NCBI RefSeq assembly: GCF_963506605.1
Contig: NC_083287.1
Span: 27,652,001 to 27,716,000, forward strand
Direction of reading: 5' to 3'
DNA length: 64,000 nt
Source: Zootoca vivipara
Lineage: Eukaryota
Below, one piece after another: positions 11,562-24,029 of the stretch. Under the pieces are notes generated by a model, which saw only the letters and a list, made by a program, of their open reading frames with translations, was not told the origin of the DNA and ran no database searches. How positions within the stretch are numbered: position 1 is the first letter of the stretch; each line of letters starts with the position of its first letter. The position numbers and the translations under genes are program-made.

Positions 11562-14063
11562 TATCCTTTTTTTTTTATTTCCTTCCTCTTGAAAGAAGTG
11601 CAGGGCAGGAAGCAGTGTTTTTCATAAACTCATGTTGCATATCGCTCTCCAGACCGTGGCTACAGCTGCAAGTGTCCTTGCTTGTTCTCTTTCCACCAAC
11701 TCGCAATATGTACTCATCATTCCACAGGTCCTTGAAGCAAGTGAGCTTGCCGGGTCATTAAAAAAAATTATAGCAATTTGCAGGCTAATATCCTTTTGTG
11801 TACTTGAGTCCCTCGAGTGCGCAGAAACCATGACCTTATGATTAGGTGGCGCTGTTTCACCAGCAAAATGATAGGCACGGGATCACACAAGTTCATTGTT
11901 AGAAGGATGATGATTCTTACCTTGCTGACATTTTTGTGGCTTATTTGCAGTGCTAGTTATGTAGTTTGTATGTGCAATTTTCTATTGTAACCTTTCAGGT
12001 TCTATGTTTTTTTATGCTACCTTGGGCAATGTTCTATTTGAAAAACGAAAGATAAATCCAGTAATAAGATCCCTACATCCACTTTTGGGAGACAACTAGA
12101 CCACTGGTGAGTTTCAGCAAAAGAACTACCATCATGCAAATTTAGGTCCCTCAATTCATGTTTGGGTTAAAATTGGGTCTTGGGTTTGAAACGGTTGAGG
12201 ATTGCTGACCCTGACTACTGAACACTGGGCAATTGTATTATGTGCGAGTATGCATGGGACTGTTGCCATAGCTGTGGATTCCCTGCAACGGTTACCAGAT
12301 GCTCTTCCGTAAACTAACTTTCTTCATTTTTATGACAGAGCTCTTGTGCCTTTGTAACAGCAGCATGGTTGACGGAAATCCAGTGGGTGAAGCTTCCTTA
12401 AAGATGCATCTCTATGGGACAGAAAGCACCACAGATTGAATTTCTGCCTATTATGTGACTTTTGCAAAGGCTCAAGAGTCCTCCTAAAGACTTCACTCAT
12501 ACTCTGTCCCTTGTCTCCAGCCCTGCGGCGGATGACATGCAACATCATGCTTTAGAATGGGGAAATCTTTTGACCATTATTGTTCACCAGAATCCCTTTC
12601 CTCTGAAACTATTACAGTTCATTTGTTCGTTTACTGCAATTTTTTTTACATTTCAAAATAATTAACAACTTGTCATATGAGGGGGAAATATGATTTAGGA
12701 AGCAAAGGTGCCAGCTGAGCTGAGAGAGTGCTTTATTCTGCTTGCCAACTAATTAATGCCAGGTTTAGATGCTGAATCCAGAAAATAAAAGTCTCCAAGG
12801 GAACTCCTTCAGTAATTATTGACTTAGGTGCAGTAGGATCCTTGTTTTAATAAAACAATTGGGGGAAAGTCTAGGATAAGAGAGGATGAAAGCTTCTATT
12901 GAAATGCATCCGTATTACACCTTGAGGGTGAAATGCTCTAAAATAGTTTATTATAACAGGGAGTATTAGGTGGGGTGCTTGGCATAAGGGGCATGAATTC
13001 CACTGGGACGCAGTCCTGGAAAAGTAGCACAGAGATTTGAAGAAAGTTCCTATCACAACATGTACCGTTCTAATTCTTAATCATCCTTGTCTGGTTTATA
13101 GGTTATGTAAGCTTTTACTTCTGCTCTGCAAGTTATTGAGCAGTATGTCATGGATATTTTCCAGCTCACATTTTTGTATATAAAAATACCTTCCTATCCT
13201 TGTTGAAAGTGTGTTTCCTCCTAACACATTGCAGATTTAACTTGCATTCTTAAACCTTTTTGAATCTTAACGGTTGTATCTGAAGTAGCACTGCCTGAAT
13301 GTTCTGTTAGTGCAAGGATTACTGTGTGTGCAATCAAGTTTCTATATAGGTTTAAAATGTATATTTGAAGTTGTGGATATAAGAAGCCATCGGTTTCCAT
13401 TCCATCCTGTTTGCTGCATGTACCATTGCTTCTGTTCCGCTGCACTTCAGTTTCTGAAAAGCTATGTCATTCATCTCACTGGCTGCTGTGGTGGAATTTT
13501 ACATAATTATAGGGAACCCAATGCAAATGGGGGGGGAATGTCATGTATTGCTTGCAGACTGACAACAATGAATGCCAATCATAGTTGCTGGATTGATTTC
13601 TCTTCTATATATGGGATGAGTCAGAGAACACAGGCAGTTTCTGTTTGAATTCTTCAACATCTGTAATTTGAAGCCCCAAGTAAATTGTTACGTCATTTGA
13701 TGAGTATATAGCAGGGTCCAGTCTTACTCTTGTCCAGAGATCCTAGTTTCTTCTCATGCAGTGTGTGAAACTTGTTTGGCAGTCATGACATTAGGGTAAA
13801 AATTTCAGCCCTGATCTTCAGCAGTGTTGACTTCTGAAAAGTGTAACTTAAAAGTGTACCTAATAAAGCATAAAACTTTGCAGGGCAACTAGCTGCATAA
13901 AGTCTGGCAGTTTCCCTTGTCTAAAGCTGTTGGTGGTTGTGGCAGACAAAAATGATTTGCAATACTTGTGGAAAGTTTAGGAATATTTTAGCATATATCA
14001 TCAAAAGCAGCACATGCACATTTCTGTATCTCCTAATTGTGGCTTTTATTTTTCTTTTAACAG

Positions 14064-14260
14064 TGTTTTCATATACCATCAGTGCCAGAAGCTTCAGAAA
14101 ATTGGCACCATCTAAAAGTTAGTGCAGATTGATTTTCTTCTTCCTGGATATCTGATAATTTGAGAAACTAAACTGTAAAAACTGCTTGGGGGGGTATTTT
14201 GATTACCTCCACTTGAAGCAGACAACAAGACTGGTATGTGAACTGCACTTTGTCATCATT
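14064..14260 (+). other. DGKB: Probable 5' UTR part of the first coding exon of DGKB
   Basis: Polypyrimidine tract plus acceptor ttttcttttaacag ending at 14063, continuous to the ATG at 14261. The acceptor choice is inferred. Confidence 0.55.
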
Positions 14261-14330
14261 ATGATGAACACGGAGAAATGGGCAAACCTCAGTCCTTCGG
14301 AATTCTCTCAGCTTCAGAAGTATGCAGAAT
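14261..14330 (+). CDS. DGKB: DGKB coding exon 1: [23 protein letters not shown](Y)
   Basis: Matches the recalled DGK-beta N-terminus ([24 protein letters not shown]); GTAAGT donor at 14331; phase 1. Confidence 0.96.
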
Positions 14331-14449
14331 GTAAGTACTCAATTTTTTAAAACTTTTATACTTCTGTATATTTGTATCAAATGTTCAGCTATGTGAAAAT
14401 GTAAGACATAAAAGTGTCCAGATGCACTTTGCTGACATAACAATTTTTT

Positions 14450-14578
14450 NNNNNNNNNNNNNNNNNNNNNNNNNNNNNNNNNNNNNNNNNNNNNNNNNNN
14501 NNNNNNNNNNNNNNNNNNNNNNNNNNNNNNNNNNNNNNNNNNNNNNNNNNNNNNNNNNNNNNNNNNNNNNNNNNNNNN
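14450..14578. other. Assembly gap (129 N)
   Basis: Run of N. Confidence 0.99.
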
Positions 14579-15035
14579 CTTAGTTATCGAACATTTTGGC
14601 TCCCGAATGCCGCAAACCAGGAAGTGACTGTTCCGGTTAGCAAACTATTTTGGAAGCCGAACGTCCGACGGGGCTTCTGCAGCTTCAGATTGGCTGCAGG
14701 AACTTCCTGAAGCCAATCAGAAGCCACGCTTTGGTTTCCGAACATTTTGGAAGTTGAATGGACTTCCGGAACTGATTCCCTTCAACAGGGCCTTCTTAAC
14801 CATATCTGGCGCCCTGGTGCCAAGATCCCTCCGGCGCCCCCCGTGAGTGGGGCGGGCAGGAGGGGCGTGCGGGGAGCTGAGAGGTGCAGAGGAGGCAGCC
14901 CCAGGCTCACGCTCCCTGCGTGCCTCTGGAGAGCGACCTGAAGCCTCTCAACAGCAGAGGCGCGCGGAGGCAGACACCAGTGTTTGGCGCCCCTTCCGCG
15001 CCCCTGATGGCCCTAGTGACGGCCCATAGAGGCCC
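14579..15035. mobile_element. Tigger-like MITE fragment followed by a GC-rich hAT-like element starting CAGGGCCTTCTTAACC (~14786)
   Basis: Internal palindrome GATTGGCTGCAGG...CCTGAAGCCAATC, CpG-rich relative to flanks, GGCGCCC subterminal repeats. Confidence 0.55.
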
Positions 15036-15480
15036 AGATCTGTTTTCTGTGCCTACATTTTGGTTAGGTTGTTGTTTCACTGCAAGTGGCCATTGATCCA
15101 GTGATGATTGGCCTTCCTTGAGCTCAAGAGGCTATGTGCTGAGTCTGAAAATGATAGGTAGAGTAGCTCATGCATTCATACCTTTGTGCTTTTCCAGGGC
15201 GAGATAAAAAGAAATCTTAAATTTTCTACGATCTCTCTGCTGCCTGATTAAAGTTTTCAATAAAACCACCAGCTACCATACTAGGGGCCAGGATATTTTG
15301 TACTCTGGCAAGTAAGTATGCCCAGAGGGTAGATGACTGTGTATCCAGAGGCTTTGCAGCTTAATATGAAGCAGAAAGAAAGAAAATCTGGAGTAGAATT
15401 TCTTTGTTGAGAGACTGCTGAAAATAGAGTCCTGCAAGTCCGCTGGTTAGAAACCTGTGGCTAGAGGTCATATCATTGGG

Positions 15481-15508
15481 GTGTGTGTGTGTGTGTGTGT
15501 GTGTGCGC

Positions 15509-15561
<53 letters not shown>
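15481..15561. repeat. (GT)n(GA)n microsatellite
   Basis: Direct reading. Confidence 0.97.
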
Positions 15562-15564
<3 letters not shown>

Positions 15565-17484
15565 TAGAATGGCAGTCTTGGGGGGAAATAAAGAAGATGG
15601 TTCTTTATGCTACGACATTGGTAGCTGCCTAGAAACCTAATGGGGAAACAGGATCTGTTGGGTTTTAAATGTTGCAAATTTCTATCTTATATTCAGCCTC
15701 CATGCATATGTAAATAAAACCATACATCATAGAAATGCTATAAACCTGTCCTCTTCATTTCAAGGAAACCAATTTTGGGGCACAATGTGGAATCCCAGAA
15801 TCATCTTGATGGCTTTCTTTAAAAAAAAAAAGTGTTCTGTTTCTAAAATTTGGTTTGACTAGGATAAAGTTGGCTCTTTGACATTTTGTTCAGAACACTG
15901 GTCAAAATTTGATCCAGCCTTGAAATTCAATTCAAGACCAGCTAATGTAAATGGAAAAGAAACTGCTATTAAAGTGACTGAATGACGTATTCTAGGTGCA
16001 GTATATGCAAAACCTTTTAGCTCTTTCTCACTGGAAACTTTTGAAGCTATTTTTCTCCCTCTCTCCTAACAAATTTGACATCACACTTCATTCTGATCTA
16101 ACCATTGTGGTTGCAGCATATTAACGACCCTCGGAAACAAGGAAAGATATATGAACCCAGCACTATTGTTTATTGCAAGCAGCCTGTTAACTCTTTTTGT
16201 ATAATATAAGAAATTTCTGAGATGCAACTGATATAAATCCCACCAAAGTGATTTGTTTTCAGCCCACATCCTCTCACTTTGGGTTAGCACTTTTCATACC
16301 TTGCATCTATCCAGTTTGCTGTGTAGACATTTTCGCATGGCATACACATAAATGAAAGTACATAATAAAAACTCTGCTTTCAGAAAATGCAATAGTCAGA
16401 CTAGTTTACGGCAGAGAAAAAAACACTTTCTTTTTTTATGTCTTGTATTAGGAAGGTTTGAGGTTCATTTTGCAATTTTTTTGCTTACCTCTCCATCCCC
16501 ACTCTTGTTAATTAAGTGAGGGGGCTGCTTGCAAATACAGCCATTAACTGGAAGAATTCTTATTTCTCCCTTTCCTTCAGTATTTTAGAGTTCCACTTGA
16601 TGTGGGTGGGATTAGAATTCAGATTCTTAATTCAATAAATTGAAGTCATAGCAGTGGCAACCTTTTTGCTTTTAAAGAGAACTTGTTACCTTTTGTGCAC
16701 TGGGGTGGGGGCATATTTTGATGGACACTTGCTTTTTCTGTACTGTACATCCAGAAAGTACCAGCACATACATCACAGCACAGTCCCAACTGTGTCTACT
16801 CAGAATTAAGTCCTCTTGAATTCAGTGAGGCTTACTCCCAGATAAAGGGTGCGGTGCGGTGGGGGGGAGGTTAGGATTGCAGCATAAATCATTTTGAAAA
16901 TAATATTGGAAAATTAGATTGCAAACCTGTCAAAAAAATAAAAACAAACGTTATGCCCTCACAAAACCCCATAGGTTTGGAAACGGGATATAGATTATAT
17001 AAGAAGGGAGTAAATTTAAAACTACTTACTTGATTTTTGTTGGTTTATGAATAATTGATACTTAGATTGTCACAATCCCTGATTTTCTGAAACTTGTACT
17101 TCTACTCAGTAAATTGGTGGTGTTTATATCAACAGAATACAAAGCAATTTGTAATATTAGGTGTCTCCTGGTATTGGCTGCTATGTCCCCCAAAAGTTGT
17201 GAAGTCCTTTGAAGCAGCATCCTATGAAGTACAAGGAAGGTAAAATCAGGCATTGTGTGTACACAGTTGTACATTTGCATCCTTGTGGACACACACTGCA
17301 TTTGAAAACTAGATAGCATAATTTATTTAAATTCCTATGCATCGTACAGACTTATGGTGTCCATGTTTTACAAACCAGTTCTAGATTTGTAAGGTGCCAT
17401 TGATAGGGAGTGTTTATTTAGGTTATGAGACTTCATGGTTCTGTATACTGAATCAAGAATGGAGTTCATTTTTAGTTTAAACGA

Positions 17485-17602
17485 GCCTTCCCCAGCCTGG
17501 TGGCTTTTGTGTATTTTGGACTACAACAACACCCATGGTGGTTGAGGCTGATGGGGGTTGTAATCTATAACATCAGGAGGGTAGCAGGCTGGAGAAGGCT
17601 GA
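17485..17602. mobile_element. Older diverged hAT MITE
   Basis: AGCCTTCCCCAGCCTG...CAGGCTGGAGAAGGCT ends and a GGACTACAAC/GTTGTAATC core. Confidence 0.6.
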
Positions 17603-18660
17603 CCCTGATCAATTTCTTTCACACGTGTAAGACTCACAAAAACCCCTACCTGGGACTTTGACCTGCATGCTGTGCGCAAGTTTCCCCTAACGCAGCAAGC
17701 CGCAGCACTCTGTGTCTGCAATTTTCATTGAGAACATGGAACAGAGAGGAAATGTTCTTTTCTCCCCCAGCACCACAGTCTCCGTCTGAACTGCTTTTGC
17801 TGTGGCTGCCGTTTGCCTCGGCCACTGGCCTTTGAGTATAAAATGCAAACACGTCTAAACAACTAAGCATTGAAACTAAGAATTAAAACACCAGCTGTTG
17901 CAATTTGTGTACAAGTATAAACACAAGAACACTATGAAGCAGATAACTGAGAAATATTGCAAGTCATGAAAATATTCATGCTCTAGTACAGTATTATGAT
18001 TCTAGGGCATTGTCACCAAATACTTAGAAAATCTGTTCCAAACAATTCCACTCATGACTTCTGTGATCCATTTTACATTTTCATGTACAGGTAGCTCATG
18101 AATTTTATGTTCCAGTTTACATTTCCCACCACCTATTAGTAACTATATATTGCTCTTCTTTTTAGATTATAAACTCATTGGCCTCTTCTTCTTCTAAGCT
18201 TGCTATTCCTCATTTGTGGTTCTGAAATCTTAATAGTTTCCTATAGGGTCATGATGCTAGGCTCCTTGTGATCCCCATGCCTCCTGACCTTGCTTTTCTA
18301 CCAGACAACTCTGATGAAGGATGGGACTGAGAACTGCTATTTTTTTCTGGCTGTTCTTGGAAAAACCTATTTTTCTTTCCAGGACTTAAAAGGGTTTTGC
18401 TTCAATATTGGATATCATTCTGTTGGTACTCTATATTGTGCATAGTATTGTAGTAGTATGATTTAGGCAGCAATAAGTAGCCTTTAACTGCTGGGAGAAG
18501 CATTAATGTTTATAATTCAGCCTATTCATGTGTTGTTACTCATTAATGTTTATCTAATCTTCTGCTAGTCTGCTGGTTTTCCTTCTGTTCATTTGGAGGA
18601 TTGAAATTTTGACTGTTTGTTGAAAACAGGCTTTGGTTTGGGGGTGCACGACTGATTTAA

Positions 18661-18831
<171 letters not shown>

Positions 18832-19847
18832 TAGATATTTGCAGTAGTTGATTGAAATTAATGTTTTGCATTCTGCAGGATTACTTTTTCTGCTCTCTTT
18901 TCAATTTCTAAAGTTGCCTGACACTTTGTACTCCAGTTGATGTAAAGTTGATGACTCTGGCAAATCAATAGCCCTGTGCAAAGAGCTGCAGTCTGGGTTT
19001 TGGCAGCTGGTCTCTACCCGCCATGCATGATTTTTGCTTTGTGAACTGAATAAACCTATGTGGATTCTGTGCCCACGATTTTGGCAAGACCATGCAGCGA
19101 GGCCACATGCATATAACTTATAGGCAGGTGGTGTCTTGCATACAGAACCTAAATGTGGCTGTGTGGCAGTTTTGAGCCATATCCTGATTGTGGCCATGTG
19201 TGCAATATTTCATTCAATTCCTTACATGTAAAATGGGAATGAAATCAATGGATGGTTGTAATGATGAGTGTGAGATGCTGCTGAATCCCCATCCCCTTTA
19301 GAACTATAGAGAGAGATTCACCTTTGTCAAGTGAGAGAAATTGGGCAGAGCTGGGTGTAATGAGATCATTAAAGGTAGCCTGTTCACTGGGAAATTTCAG
19401 TACAAATATAGCAGTTCCTTGCACACCTACATTAAAAATGGTGGAAACAAGCAATCAGAACTTACCCATTTGGGGTCTTGTTTCAGTTGGACCCTTCAAT
19501 CGTACTCCTGCAACATTAGCGATTTTCAGACCCACACCAGACATGGTAACTTGTGTCTTCCTGATATGCTAATTCATATGCAAATGAAGTGACATTGCTA
19601 CGTGGCCAAAAAGGGGGCTACCCAAAGTTTATACCATTTGTTAGTTTGTGCTAGAACGATTTCTTTGTGCTTATTACTAACTACATATAAAGAGACTTAT
19701 TATCACTTAACACATTATTATTTTCTGATCTTCATAGTTGTAAAAACACTTTCAGCTAAAAATGCTTTTTTTTAAGAACAGAAATTCAGAATTGCTGGAC
19801 GGTATTACTATTATTTATATATTTTTCTTTTCTTTCATGCACTCCAG

Positions 19848-19868
19848 AAGCAAGATATTCTTAAACAA
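19848..19868 (+). CDS. DGKB: DGKB 21-nt microexon: KQDILKQ
   Basis: Long pyrimidine tract plus ctccag, GTAAGC donor, phase 0/0; matches recalled DGKB KQDILNQ. Confidence 0.9.
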
Positions 19869-20281
19869 GTAAGCATCGGTGGTGGTTTTTTTGTTTGCTT
19901 ATAATGTATCTGGCATGTTACTGATTTTATGGAGCTTTGCAGAAGCACTCAGACTTCAATGGCAACCTTCATTTTAATAAAACTCTTGATACTTTTTTTC
20001 TAGTTGCATGCACCTCTGCAAAAATGATACAGTTACAGAAAATGTAGAATATTGACTTAATGGTTACTTCACTTTCATACTGTTCCACCCCACCCCCACC
20101 GTTGTTTGTTGGGAAACTAATTAATAGACTTTATTGCCACTGTTTTCTGAGAAAGATGAAGACACACACGTTTTGTTGGACTCTGCAAAGACAGGGTCTC
20201 AGTTGTGCTGTCATATACATGAACTTTCATATACATGAATCCTGTTAAGATTGCATCCTTGTGGTATGTACAGAACAGCTC

Positions 20282-20282
20282 T

Positions 20283-20334
<52 letters not shown>

Positions 20335-20627
20335 TATTTATTTATTTATACCCTGCCCATCTGGCTGGGTTTCCCCTGCCACTCTGGGCGGCTTCCAACA
20401 AAAGGTTAAAATACAATAGTCTGTCAAACATTAAAAGCTTCCCTAAACAGTGCTGCCTTCAGATGTCTTCTAAAAGTCTGGTGGTTGTTTTTCTCTTTGA
20501 CATGGGGTGTGAGGGCGTTCCACAGGGTGGGTGCCACTACTGAAAAGGCCCTCTGCCTGGTTCCCTGTAGCTTGGCTTCTCACAGCGAGGGAACCACCAG
20601 AAGACCCTCGGCACTGGACTTCAGTGT
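20282..20627 (-). mobile_element. L2-clade LINE 3' fragment with (AAC)n tract at its tail
   Basis: Minus strand encodes RQRAFSVVAPTLWNAL-like ORF2 end; near-identical to 37460-37776. Confidence 0.85.
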
Positions 20628-22748
20628 TATATAGAATAAGTAAACCTATTCTTAAAATAGCATTCTGTGCACATTGGAATACTCATGGAGACCAGGATTG
20701 GACTGTGTGTTATTTATTTTACAAAAGAGGTGGATATTATGTATATGAGCAATCAGATTTTCAGAATTTGCATGAAATGCATTATCATCTACTTGCCTAA
20801 TTATCCTTATAAACTCCAGTCACAGAATAGCAGGAGAAGCTTAATTCATGACACTGGGTCATATAGATATTGTTGGAACTATAGACTAGTGATTCATTGT
20901 CTTGGTCCATATTTTGTAAAACTGTGGCTTTAAGCTGGTGTGTCTGACCTGTTTTTGTCAAAGTCCTTATCTGTAGAATGAGATGTTCTTCTATCCTGTC
21001 ACCTGTGAACTTCCTTGTTCATAATTACCCCCTAACTTAGAAAGGTCTCTTGATAGTAAGAGAGATTGGCTCCTATTTTTGGGTCCCAAATTTGAGGAGT
21101 ACGAACTGAGCTACACAGCTGCAAATAAAACATTTCAAATGTGTTGTAAAGTGAAATATACAAATGTGACACTAGATGGTGAAAGTGAGCTATGCAAAAT
21201 TCAATGTATGTTTTGAAACTTTTTTAAAAAAGCATTTTCACAAGCTTTTTTTATATGTGTGTAGATTCCACCTAAGAGTGTGGGAAAGAATAGACTAAGT
21301 TAGAGCAATAGAAATATATTTCTTTGTATACAGTCTTGCATGTTTTTGAACCTCCTCTGGCTATTTTCACATTGTACGCCTCCAGAATGAGGGGCTATGT
21401 CCTTTGTATTTGTATACATACTAGACATCAGCCTCTTGGATGGAGTAGACACATGCTTAAAGGAACTTTATAAGGATGCTTCAACAAAATATATTGTGCA
21501 TCCTGAAAGTCATTGTGCATATATCACTCTTATTGACATGCTTAATAATCTCTAAATTATTCCAGACATGATTTTTTGTTATGGGTGTCGTAAATGATTT
21601 CAGTATGATACACCACCCCTCTCTTCTCATACTGTTTTCATTTATGATGATGGTGGCTATGCATTTGTCGGACTATGTAGGGCAAAAGCATCTTGCTTGC
21701 TTTCCCTTGCAATTAGGGAAAAGAGGTATCCCATTATTTGTAGCTGTTTGCATATAGATATTGCAATTTATTTTCAGTGTGTTTGCCATGACACATAGAG
21801 CAGAAGTGTGCGGGTGTGTTTAGAGGACAGTGTGGACTAATAATTCTTACCTCACATGGTTCCCACAAGCTTGGTGACGCAGGGACATAATAAAGTATTC
21901 TTGACCACCAGCTGTAAAAATGAATAAGCTTACCTCTCCCATTAATACTACTCTCAGGATATTTCTTCTAAGACATCACAGATGCAGAGTCTGCCATTTC
22001 ATTAGTTTTGTATTCTGGTGTTGTGTACTGCATTCTTTGCCTTCATACAAATAAGAAGTTGCTCCTTCCCAGACTGGAAGAACTTGCACTTTTAATCTAA
22101 ATGTATGTAAAACAGATTGCTCTTTTCTAATACTGTTGTCTAGAAGACCAGGGATGAAATTTGTGTGATGGAGAAGTGCTGCACTTTTAGCATCAGTACT
22201 TAATAAGTTTCCCTCCCTCCACAAATCAGCATCAACAGTGTTGATCCATAGACAGTTAGGAGTTTGACTATTGCTGGAGAGGCAGGATGTGTGTGTCTAG
22301 AATTACATCCTTGTCATTGAGTTGTGTGAGTCAACAGTGATGCAGGTGGCGCTGTGGTCTAAACCACTGAGCCCCTTGGGCTTGCCGATCAGAAGGTTGG
22401 CAGTTTGAATCCCCACAACGGGTAAGCTCCCATTGCTCTGTCCCAGCTCCTGCCTAGCGGTTCGAAAGCATGCCAGTGCAAGTAGATAAATAGGTACCGC
22501 TGTGGCGGGAAGGTAAACGGCATTTCCATGCACTCTGGCTTCTGTCACAGTGTTCTGTTGTGCCAGAAGCGGTTTAGTCATGCTGGCGACATGACCCAGA
22601 AAGTTGTCTGTGGACAAACGCCAGCTCCCTTGGCCTGAAAACGAGATGAGCCCTGCAACCTCATTGTCACCTTTGACTTGGACTTAACTGTCCAGGGGTC
22701 AAAAATTCCTTCAGTAGCACCTTAAAGACCAACTAAGTTTTTATTTTG

Positions 22749-22786
22749 GTATGAGCTTTCGTGTGCATGCACACTTCTTCAGATAC
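22749..22786 (-). ncRNA. Minimal type I hammerhead ribozyme (antisense to DGKB)
   Basis: Exact reverse complement of 23992-24029. Confidence 0.8.
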
Positions 22787-22925
22787 AGTGAAATGGAAGT
22801 TTCCAGGCACTTATGTAGAGAAGGGGTGGGGAGGGGTGGGGATGGGGAGGGGGGATCACTCAGAAGGGTGGTGGAAATGGGTGATTGACTGACTGATAGC
22901 TGTTGATGACCGCAAACGACTGCAA

Positions 22926-23804
22926 ATGGTTTTGCATGAAAAAGCAAGGGTTGAGATGGCTGAACAATCCATCGTATACAGCCAGGCCTTACGTTACAAC
23001 CGCATCTGTTCCAACTCTACAGACAGAGAATCTCACCTAAGAGATCTACAGCAAACCTTTTTAGAACTAAAATATCCACCTGATGAAGTTAAACAACAGA
23101 TCAACAGAGCCAGACAGATACCTAGAGAGAACCTGCTGCAAGACAGACCCAAAAAAGAAAATAACAGAACACCACTAGTCATCACATACAGCTCCCAAGC
23201 TAAAACAGTACAACGCATCATCAGAGATCTACAGCCTCTCCTGGACAATGACAGCTCCCTCTCTCAAGCTCTGGGAGGAAGACCTTTCATTGCCTACAGA
23301 CAGCCACCCAATCTTAAACAACTCCTCACCCACAATAATACAACCACCAGACTTAACATGGACACTGGTACCAGAGCCTGCAATAAACCCAGATGCCAAC
23401 TTTGCTGCCACATACACCCAGACAACACCATTACTGGCCCCAACAACATCCAACATACCATCTCAGGACTATTTAATTGCTCATCCTCTAACATTGTGTA
23501 TGCCATCAAATGCCAACAGTGCCCTTCAGCTCTCTATATTGGACAAACAGGCCAAACCCTACGCCAAAGGATAAATGGACATAAATCTGACATCAGGAAC
23601 CAGAAGACAGAAAAACCAGTAGGAGAACACTTCAATCTCCCAGGACATTCTATACAAGATCTCAAAGTAGCTGTCTTACTACAAAAGAATTTCAGAAATA
23701 GACTGGAAAGAGAAGTTGCTGAATTGCAACTTATCACCAAGCTCAAAACCATGGAGGGACCTGGTTTGAACAGAGATATCGGGTTCTTATCTCATTATAC
23801 ATGA
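22926..23804 (+). CDS. Penelope ORF remnant: RT C-terminus, Cys knuckle and GIY-YIG endonuclease (292 aa; first 13 aa from the inverted arm)
   Basis: SIVYSQALRYNRICS, CNKPRCQLC, NIVYAIKC..C...YIGQTGQTLRQRINGH, E..LI..L.T..PGLN motifs; no internal stops. Confidence 0.85.
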   Translation: MVLHEKARVEMAEQSIVYSQALRYNRICSNSTDRESHLRDLQQTFLELKYPPDEVKQQINRARQIPRENLLQDRPKKENNRTPLVITYSSQAKTVQRIIRDLQPLLDNDSSLSQALGGRPFIAYRQPPNLKQLLTHNNTTTRLNMDTGTRACNKPRCQLCCHIHPDNTITGPNNIQHTISGLFNCSSSNIVYAIKCQQCPSALYIGQTGQTLRQRINGHKSDIRNQKTEKPVGEHFNLPGHSIQDLKVAVLLQKNFRNRLEREVAELQLITKLKTMEGPGLNRDIGFLSHYT

Positions 23805-23991
23805 TAAGCGATCTTCAGCCATCTCAACCCTTGCTTTTTCATGCAAAACCATTTGCAGTCGTTTGCGGTCATCAACAGCTATCAGTCAGTCAATCACCCA
23901 TTTCCACCACCCTTCTGAGTGATCCCCCCTCCCCATCCCCACCCCTCCCCACCCCTTCTCTACATAAGTGCCTGGAAACTTCCATTTCACT

Positions 23992-24029
23992 GTATCTGAA
24001 GAAGTGTGCATGCACACGAAAGCTCATAC
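23992..24029 (+). ncRNA. Minimal type I hammerhead ribozyme (sense to DGKB)
   Basis: GTAT-CTGAAGA-A-GTGTGCATGCACAC-GAAA-GC-TC-ATAC: CUGANGA/GAAA core, stem II hairpin, stem I GTAT/ATAC, palindromic AGCT stem III as in Penelope ribozymes. Confidence 0.85.
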
